64,000 bases of DNA from positions 27,309 to 91,308 of IMG/VR virus record IMGVR_UViG_2939319381_000001; one strand, written 5' to 3'. Source of the DNA: a virus. Its lineage: Duplodnaviria > Caudoviricetes. Below, in pieces: positions 57,852-64,000 of the stretch (the stretch's first letter is position 1; the number at the start of each line of letters is the position of its first letter). Made by a program: the position numbers and the translations under genes. The notes under the pieces are model-generated. The model was not told where the DNA came from, did not search any database, and was given only the letters and a program-made list of their open reading frames with translations.

Positions 57852-58162
57852 GCGACAACCTTCTCCTCCTCCACCAGCCCGCACCGGCCACGGCGCTGCA
57901 CACCGTCGCTGACGCCGTCGACTACTGCCGGTGCGACCGAGGCCCCGTCATCGGCGTCGTCACCTACACCGAGAGCCGCATGTGGTTCTTCCCCGTCGGC
58001 ACCCGGAACGGCGACAACCCCGAGGGCTCCCCCGAACTCTGCTGCGTCGACTGCCTGGCTGACACGGCGCAGCGGATCGCCTCCGGCGCCGTCCTGGCCG
58101 AGAGGCAGGCGGAGGTCAAGGTCGTCGCGGAAGGCCACGGCCGGACGGAGGGCGAGCGATGA
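57848..58162 (+). CDS. Hypothetical protein
   Basis: Bounded by junction repeats. Confidence 0.65.
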   Translation: MSDNLLLLHQPAPATALHTVADAVDYCRCDRGPVIGVVTYTESRMWFFPVGTRNGDNPEGSPELCCVDCLADTAQRIASGAVLAERQAEVKVVAEGHGRTEGER

Positions 58163-58566
58163 GCGAGATCACCGCCACCGAGTACGTCTACGGCATCGAC
58201 ACCAGCGTCGCTGACGACTCCCGGTTCGACCGGCCTCCCCATGCCGTGGCATTCCCCATCACCAAGAAGACGCCCAAGCGCGTCTACTACGACATCAACG
58301 GCCGGACCCGGTTCGTTGACCGTCAGCAGCTTGAGACTGACGGCAAGGTCCGGCGGACGGGCGGCTGGTGGGAGCACGACCTCACTGTCTACCTCTCCGA
58401 ACCCACCGTTGAGCAGCCGACAGGGCCGTCCCTGTCGGAGCTGAAGCAGGCCATGGCGGACGCCCACCCCGATCGGGCGAGCGGTAGCCACGAGGCGTTC
58501 ATCGCCGCCCGTGCCCGGTACGAGCGTGCGCGGGACAAGGCGAGCCGGACGGAGGGCGAGCGATGA
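58159..58566 (+). CDS. Hypothetical protein with C-terminal J-domain-like HPD motif
   Basis: 'LKQAMADAHPDRASGSHEAFIAARARYE'. Confidence 0.65.
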   Translation: MSEITATEYVYGIDTSVADDSRFDRPPHAVAFPITKKTPKRVYYDINGRTRFVDRQQLETDGKVRRTGGWWEHDLTVYLSEPTVEQPTGPSLSELKQAMADAHPDRASGSHEAFIAARARYERARDKASRTEGER

Positions 58567-59030
58567 GCGACAACCTCTACGGCGATGTCCTCGCGGCCGC
58601 ACCGCCTGTCCTCGCTGAAGCGGCGATCCGTCGGGTTCATGAACTCCTCGAAGCCGGGGCCGAGTCAGCCGACGTTCACGAGGTGGTCACCACGTCGGTC
58701 GCGCTGCTGAACATGCACCAGCGGAACCGGCCTGGCCGGAAGCGCGCCTGGCTGGCGAAGGTCACCAGCTTCGCGTTCCCCCGCACCTTCGCTACCGCCT
58801 GGGGCGACACGGGAGAGCACTACGTGTGCTTCACCGGCTCGATCACGAAGGGCGGCAAGCAGGCCGTCGGCCGCGAGATCGAGGTGCAGCTGCCCGTCGA
58901 TGACGCGGAACGGCTCGGGCAGCAGATGCTCCGCATGGTCGCGTTCCAGCGGGGCCAGACCACTCAGACTTCCCGAGCCGCCCAGGCGCAGGGACAGACC
59001 GAACCCAGCAAGGGGGATCAGGTGACGTAG
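58563..59030 (+). CDS. Hypothetical protein
   Basis: Starts within the junction repeat. Confidence 0.65.
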   Translation: MSDNLYGDVLAAAPPVLAEAAIRRVHELLEAGAESADVHEVVTTSVALLNMHQRNRPGRKRAWLAKVTSFAFPRTFATAWGDTGEHYVCFTGSITKGGKQAVGREIEVQLPVDDAERLGQQMLRMVAFQRGQTTQTSRAAQAQGQTEPSKGDQVT

Positions 59031-59220
59031 CGACTTCCTAAGCGGGAGGTCCTGGGCCCCTTGGCGGGGGCACTTCCTCTACCGCTGGCCGCTGATGTTG
59101 GCGCATCGTGCGCGGCCACTTCCTACGGCTCGGTTTGGCGACCGAGCTAAGGCCCGACTTCCGGATCCGGTTTGGCGACCGGGGCCGAGCAGGTCGAGCG
59201 ACTTCAGGTTCTGGCGAACC
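59031..59220. ncRNA. Candidate structured RNA: five hairpins with (U/C)UGGCG loops, upstream of rep-like gene
   Basis: Loops at 59061, 59098, 59135, 59172, 59211; stems differ in sequence but all pair. Confidence 0.6.
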
Positions 59221-59274
59221 CCACACCCACCGAAGCGGGCTTTCACATATCCGCAGAACGGAACGAGGTCCATA

Positions 59275-60648
59275 GTGCCGTACCCGAACAGTGCTTGTCA
59301 GCTTCCGCACGCCCGCATGGGCGATTCGCGGCAAAAGTCCGCCCCCGAACAGGGCACCCAGTGCCCCCCAATCGCCCCGTGGGCGCCCGTCAGTGCCACC
59401 GCCATGGAGATCGACACCACCACCTCCCGGCACACCGGACCCCGCAACTGGCTCCGCTCCGTCGAGTGGCTCATCGCCGCTGGCCTCCACCCCAAGGCCA
59501 ACCAGACGACCCTCCTCGTCGCCCAGGACCTCGCCAAGCGCATGGACTACAGCACCGGGCACGTCCGCTACGGACTCGAGGACATGGCTGTACGGCTCGA
59601 CCTTGACCGGTCCAGCGTCGCCCGCCACGTGAAGTACCTCCGGCAGCTGGGCTCTCTCGCCTGGGCCGCCCGTGGCACCCGCAGCAACGTCCGCCGCGCT
59701 CTCGGTCTCTCCGGGTACGCCGCCACCGCCACCGTGTACGCCGCCGTCATTCCGGCCGCCTACGACCACGCCATGGGCCACCGGATCATCGGCGAGGGGT
59801 ACGGGGCGAGGGTCGTCGTGGACCACCGTGCGACCCATACGAATGCGCCCGAATCGGCTGTGGATAACTCCCCTTCGGGCCTTGTGGATAACCCGGCTAA
59901 ACGATCTCTTGCGACCCCTTCCCTTACCCCAGCCACCTATGAAGGGCAGGTTCAGATGGCGGAGGGTGTAACTACTACCGCGACGCGGCAGCAAACCACC
60001 CCCAGCTCCCCCTCCCAGACGGCCAAGACCAACAGCGGCAGCAAGAAGCGGGCCACGATCCTCGGCAACACCGTGACCGCCCCCGGCATGCGCCTCGGAG
60101 ACCGCCTCGCCCGCGCCATCCGCCGCGCCGTCCCGTGGACCCGCCGCGCCACCCACGACCAGCTCCGGTGGATCTGCGCCGACATGGGCGAGCAGCAGTG
60201 GACCGAGGACCAGGCCGTACGGTTCGCCGTCGAGACCGGCCACAAGCACGCCGCCGGATACGCCTGGAACCCCCACCAGCCCCACCGGGTCCTCGCTGCC
60301 GCCCTCCGCACCGAAGACGCCAGCCAGGCCAAGGACATTCCCTTCGACCCGACGCACTCCGTCGCGTACGAGGACTCCACCGTCGCCCGCGACCGTGCCT
60401 CCCTCGAAGCGCTCTTCGCCCTCGGCCAGCCGTCCGACTCCGCCACGCACCCGGACGACATCCCTGCCGACCGGTACACCGACGACGACCGGCTCCGTGC
60501 CCGCCTCGACTGGAACACCTGGCCCGAGGTCGCCCGCCACTACGCCGACGACCCCGACGACGCCCTCGACCTCTACGGCACCGACCTCTGCTGCTACGCC
60601 AACCGCAAGGACGCCGAGACCTACCACCGCCAGGAGGCGTGGGCATGA
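59275..60648 (+). CDS. HTH-containing putative plasmid replication initiator (alternative start 59404)
   Basis: wHTH 'LEDMAVRLDLDRSSVARHVKYLRQLG'; internal DnaA boxes; adjacent to dciA-like gene and parAB. Confidence 0.6.
   Translation: MPYPNSACQLPHARMGDSRQKSAPEQGTQCPPIAPWAPVSATAMEIDTTTSRHTGPRNWLRSVEWLIAAGLHPKANQTTLLVAQDLAKRMDYSTGHVRYGLEDMAVRLDLDRSSVARHVKYLRQLGSLAWAARGTRSNVRRALGLSGYAATATVYAAVIPAAYDHAMGHRIIGEGYGARVVVDHRATHTNAPESAVDNSPSGLVDNPAKRSLATPSLTPATYEGQVQMAEGVTTTATRQQTTPSSPSQTAKTNSGSKKRATILGNTVTAPGMRLGDRLARAIRRAVPWTRRATHDQLRWICADMGEQQWTEDQAVRFAVETGHKHAAGYAWNPHQPHRVLAAALRTEDASQAKDIPFDPTHSVAYEDSTVARDRASLEALFALGQPSDSATHPDDIPADRYTDDDRLRARLDWNTWPEVARHYADDPDDALDLYGTDLCCYANRKDAETYHRQEAWA
59859..59891 (-). 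promoter_or_regulatory. Two DnaA boxes (TTATCCACA)
   Basis: TGTGGATAA at 59859-59867 and 59883-59891. Confidence 0.7.
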
Positions 60649-61049
60649 CCGACCAGCCTGTCGCCATCCGTGTGCTCATCACCGGATCCCGCACCTGGGA
60701 CCAGGTAGACGTGCTGCACGAGGCTCTGCTCGACACGTGGCACGACGCCATCCAGATCCACGGCGCCAACGCCAAGCTCGTCGTCGTTCACGGAGCCTGC
60801 CCCAAGGGAGCCGACTGCCAAGCCGCCGCCTGGGCCGCAGCGCAGGACACCATGGCGATCACCACGGAGTCGCACCCCGCCGACTGGGACGCCCACGGTC
60901 GCGCCGCCGGGTTCCGACGCAACGCCGACATGATCCACCTCGGCGCCGACGTCTGCCTCGCCTTCATCAAGAGCAGCAGCCGAGGAGCCACCCACACCGC
61001 TGACCTTGCCGAGAAGTCAGGCATCCCCGTACGGAGGTTCACCGCATGA
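60645..61049 (+). CDS. SLOG-family (YspA/DUF2493-like) protein
   Basis: 'VLITGSRTW', 'VVHGACPKGAD', 'ADW...GRAAGFRRNADM', 'SRGAT'. Confidence 0.85.
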   Translation: MTDQPVAIRVLITGSRTWDQVDVLHEALLDTWHDAIQIHGANAKLVVVHGACPKGADCQAAAWAAAQDTMAITTESHPADWDAHGRAAGFRRNADMIHLGADVCLAFIKSSSRGATHTADLAEKSGIPVRRFTA

Positions 61050-61810
61050 CCGAGCCGAAGACGGCCGCCGGGGCGGACCTCGCCCGCCAGGCCCTCGCCG
61101 CCTACAAAGCCACCGCACCCAAGCACGGCGCCCCCAAGCCCCGCCACCGCGCCCGCCGTGCAGACCGAGGCGCCGGCCGCGACCCCGTCGGCATCAGCGG
61201 ACTCCTCGGCCGCCTCAACACCGAGCAGGGCTGGGAACTCCAGCTCTCCGCAGGCAGCATCACCGACCGGTGGGCCGAACTGTGCCCCGAACTCGTTGGC
61301 CACGTCGAACCCGTCGCGTACGACGCGGAGCGCGGCCGCCTCGATCTCCGGCCTGCCACCCACGCCTACGCCGCTCACCTCCGCTTCCTGGGCGGGCAGA
61401 TCGCCAAGCGCATCAACGACCACCTCGGCCGTGAGGTCGTCCGGACGATCCGGCCCCTGCCCGTCGGCCTCATCAGCGCGAAGCCTGCGGCGGCCGCCAC
61501 CGCGCCTGCCGCGGTGCAGCAGCCGGTCCGTACCCGGGACAACGCCTGCGACGGCTACAGGGAGGCCCTCGCCGCGATCCGCCGGGCCGAGCGCCCCACC
61601 GTCAACCCCAAGGCCGCAGCGGCGATCGAGAGGCAGAACCAGGCCATGGCCCGCGAACCCGAGACCGCGTTCACCGACGCCGTCGTCGCCGCGGAGGAAG
61701 CGGCCGGCCCGCAGCTGTCCGATTCCGAACGCGCCCGTCGAGCCGCCCTCGCGCACAAGCGCAGCGGCGGCCACACCGCGCCCGTACGCCGCGTCTTCGA
61801 CGTCGCGTGA
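61046..61810 (+). CDS. DciA (DUF721)-like helicase loader
   Basis: 'GADLARQAL..', 'RDP..I...L', 'RWAEL...L.GHVEP...L......AYAAHLR....I.KRIN..LG..VVRTI'. Confidence 0.75.
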   Translation: MTEPKTAAGADLARQALAAYKATAPKHGAPKPRHRARRADRGAGRDPVGISGLLGRLNTEQGWELQLSAGSITDRWAELCPELVGHVEPVAYDAERGRLDLRPATHAYAAHLRFLGGQIAKRINDHLGREVVRTIRPLPVGLISAKPAAAATAPAAVQQPVRTRDNACDGYREALAAIRRAERPTVNPKAAAAIERQNQAMAREPETAFTDAVVAAEEAAGPQLSDSERARRAALAHKRSGGHTAPVRRVFDVA

Positions 61811-61812
61811 GT

Positions 61813-61828
61813 TTTTACGGCCGTAAAA
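61813..61828. promoter_or_regulatory. Candidate parS (TTTTACGGCCGTAAAA), copy 1
   Basis: 16-bp palindrome upstream of parA; identical copy inside parB. Confidence 0.75.
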
Positions 61829-61930
61829 CCGGTGCCGCCTGCAAGCCCTCTCCGAACCAGCCCCGCCCGTCTGAAAGACTGCTCCCAGTCCCCGGAGTAC
61901 CGGAACATCGGGAAGTATTCGGAGAAGAAC

Positions 61931-62659
61931 ATGCCCTACATCACTGTGCTCTTGAACAGGAAGGGCGGGGTGGGCAAATCGCTCATCACCGTCAACCTGG
62001 CCGCCGTCCTCGCCGAGATCGTCGGCGAAGACCAGTCCGTCGCTGTCGTCTCGATAGACCCCCAGGCCACCAGCGTTGAGCACGCCGAAGAAGTCCGGAA
62101 GCACGGCCGCGAAGTCCCCTTCCGTGTCGTCAACGCCAGCCGCAACGTCGAGCAACTCCGCAAGCTCCGACGCGCCAAGGCCGACTTCGTCATCGTCGAC
62201 ACCCCCGGCTTCATGCCCCTCAATGAGGAGGAAGACGACGACGAGTCGATCGACCCCCTCGGCGACGGCACCGTCGGAGACGCCCTCCGCGCCGTCCTCG
62301 ACGTAGCCGACGACGTCATCGTCCCCCTCGAGGCCGAAGGGTCCGCGTTCCGGCCCACCCGCACCACCATCGAACGCGTCCTCATGCCCCGACAGATCCC
62401 CTACGGCGTCGTCGTCAACAACTGGGACCCCCGCGATGGCGAGATCGACCGCGACCGCACCATCAGCATGGTCAAAAAGCGCGGGTGGAATCTCTACAAC
62501 ACGACGCTCCGCCACTACAAGCCTCACACCCGCGGTATCACCAACGGGCGCTTCTGCACCCAGTACGAGTCCAACCACACCGCCACCAAGGCCAAGCAGG
62601 ACTTCGTAGCCCTCGCCCTCGAGCACCAGATCCGCCGCCAGAAGCAGGCGGCACTCTGA
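61931..62659 (+). CDS. parA: ParA partition ATPase
   Basis: 'KGGVGKS', 'IDPQ', 'IVDTPG'. Confidence 0.92.
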   Translation: MPYITVLLNRKGGVGKSLITVNLAAVLAEIVGEDQSVAVVSIDPQATSVEHAEEVRKHGREVPFRVVNASRNVEQLRKLRRAKADFVIVDTPGFMPLNEEEDDDESIDPLGDGTVGDALRAVLDVADDVIVPLEAEGSAFRPTRTTIERVLMPRQIPYGVVVNNWDPRDGEIDRDRTISMVKKRGWNLYNTTLRHYKPHTRGITNGRFCTQYESNHTATKAKQDFVALALEHQIRRQKQAAL

Positions 62660-63804
62660 TGGCGATGGACCCGAACGAGTTCGACGACTTCCTCGCGGAC
62701 GACGACGCCCCCGACCAAGTCGTCGACACCCGGGCTGACGGCCGGCTGCTCCGCGTCCCCCTCGGCCGCATCGCCCCCAACCTCGTCAACCCGCGGACCG
62801 ACTTCGGCACCGAGGACCAGCTCGAGGACTTCGGCCGCAGCCTCAAGCGCCGCCAGATCCAAGCCGTCCCCGTCGTCACCCGCAGGGCCTACCTAGACCT
62901 GTGGCCCGACCACAAGGACCAGATCGGCAACGTCGACTTCGTCATCGTCAGCGGTGAACGCCGCTACCGCGCAGCCAACGCCGTCGAACTTCCGGCGCTC
63001 GAATGCGTCATCAACGACGGCTACGCCGAATCCCGCAAGACGTTCCTCGACGCAGTCGTCTCCGAGAACATCGACCGGCAGAACTTCGACGCCATCGAAG
63101 AAGCGAACGCCGTCGAAGTCCTCGTCGAAGCGTTCGGCAGCGCCCGATCCGTCGCCGAGCACTACGAACGAGTCGACGGATGGGTGTCCCAACGGCGCGT
63201 CCTGCTCCGCCTGGCCCCCGAGGTCCAAGAGCTCGTACGGCGCCAGCACATGCCGCTCGAGCCGGCCCGGAAGCTCGGCAAGCTCGTCAAAGACCACCAG
63301 TGGGATGCTGCCGCCCAGCTGCAGTGGTGGGAACAGGAGCAGCGAGACCGCGCGGCGAAGGTCGCAGCCAAGAAGGCCGCGAGGGCGGCAGCCCGTCAAG
63401 CGCCGCCGCCCCAGGCTGTACCGGCGGCGCCAGTTTTTACGGCCGTAAAACCGGCCCCGGAGACAGCGGTGGCTGAGGCAGCGGTGCGCGAGGTGGCTCC
63501 CGCCCAGCCTCGCGAGTTGCCTGACACTGCGGCAGCTCCCACCGAGACTCGCCCTGTGTTGCCCGAGCCGCGCGACCAGGACCAGGTGCCCAAGCCGACG
63601 CCCTGGGTCTACTCCGGGGATCCCGCGAAGCCCCTGCCGTCCGACGTAGAGCAGCCGGCGAGGGTGCGGCAGCTGCCGACGCACGACTGGGAGCAGCTCG
63701 CGGACATCGTCATCGCCGAGCTGCCCGAGGACGCACTGCACAGCCTGACGGAGAAGCTCCTCGAGGCCGTGGGCGCCAACAGCCCGCGCGAGCAGTCCGC
63801 CTGA
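62659..63804 (+). CDS. parB: ParB partition protein
   Basis: 'NPRT.F', 'IVSGERRYRA', 'ENIDRQ...IEEA', HTH. Confidence 0.92.
   Translation: MAMDPNEFDDFLADDDAPDQVVDTRADGRLLRVPLGRIAPNLVNPRTDFGTEDQLEDFGRSLKRRQIQAVPVVTRRAYLDLWPDHKDQIGNVDFVIVSGERRYRAANAVELPALECVINDGYAESRKTFLDAVVSENIDRQNFDAIEEANAVEVLVEAFGSARSVAEHYERVDGWVSQRRVLLRLAPEVQELVRRQHMPLEPARKLGKLVKDHQWDAAAQLQWWEQEQRDRAAKVAAKKAARAAARQAPPPQAVPAAPVFTAVKPAPETAVAEAAVREVAPAQPRELPDTAAAPTETRPVLPEPRDQDQVPKPTPWVYSGDPAKPLPSDVEQPARVRQLPTHDWEQLADIVIAELPEDALHSLTEKLLEAVGANSPREQSA
63435..63450. promoter_or_regulatory. Candidate parS, copy 2 (within parB)
   Basis: TTTTACGGCCGTAAAA. Confidence 0.7.
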
Positions 63805-63811
63805 CCGGACA

Positions 63812-63857
63812 GAACTGGCCCCGCCCTCACCGTGCTGGTGGGGGCGGGGCCAGTTTC
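63812..63857 (+). terminator. Intrinsic terminator after parB
   Basis: AACTGGCCCCGCCCTCACC-loop-GGTGGGGGCGGGGCCAGTT. Confidence 0.75.
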
Positions 63858-64000
63858 GTATGCGGTCGCTTTCGGTCGGATTCACGCACGATGCCGGGGT
63901 TTTTCGGTCACACGTACGAGTGACCTTCCGCCCCACCCCTTCCCACCAGGCAGACCCCGCACTTGGCTGGAAACGCCGTACGCCCCGCTCGGGGCACGGC

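Larger units (their letters stand above)
57821..58576 (+). repeat. Three gene-junction direct repeats containing RBS, stop and start
   Basis: 57821-57861 and 58536-58576 (41 bp, 1 mismatch); 27-bp core at 58140-58166. Confidence 0.9.
1..64000. mobile_element. Conjugative phage-plasmid of a Streptomyces-like host (boundaries not seen)
   Basis: Virion module, TraB-type transfer module, ParABS and Rep-like genes are contiguous, with no host housekeeping genes. Confidence 0.85.

Noticed and set aside
57821-58576. CRISPR or classical integron attC interpretation of the junction repeats
   Set aside because: The intervening DNA consists of whole genes of 300-400 bp, and the repeats are not palindromic and lack attC R/L boxes
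59031-59220. CRISPR array interpretation of the 37-nt periodic pattern
   Set aside because: Only 5-6 nt motifs are conserved, there is no 23-47 bp direct repeat with spacers, and no cas genes are present
6048-63936. Many long antisense or alternate-frame ORFs (e.g. 6048..7625, 27171..29051, 30006..32087, 41452..43626, 60788..62626)
   Set aside because: Shadow ORFs expected in high-GC DNA opposite or overlapping well-supported genes

Overview
High-GC actinobacterial (Streptomyces-like) DNA that appears to be most of one conjugative phage-plasmid. From left to right it carries: (i) a leftward block with a putative replication initiator containing internal palindromic iterons, a GIY-YIG/GntR fusion and a GntR (KorA/TraR-like) repressor; (ii) a Streptomyces-type transfer/spread operon ending in an FtsK/SpoIIIE TraB-like translocase, then HIT and nucleoside-deoxyribosyltransferase-like genes; (iii) a complete siphovirus morphogenesis and lysis module with a GDPD-domain protein; (iv) a 12.75-kb segment bounded by 54-bp inverted repeats, holding two tandem tyrosine-recombinase-like genes, an EndoVII-type nuclease, a WYL protein, an ERF annealing protein and a C5 methyltransferase; (v) small genes joined by near-identical junction repeats; (vi) a second HTH Rep-like gene with two DnaA boxes, preceded by five hairpins with conserved (U/C)UGGCG loops, followed by SLOG, DciA-like, parS, parA and parB. 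The most striking unexplained structures are the five-hairpin array, the inverted-repeat-bounded recombinase segment and the gene-junction repeat array. All product calls come from motif recognition by eye; no database search was run.
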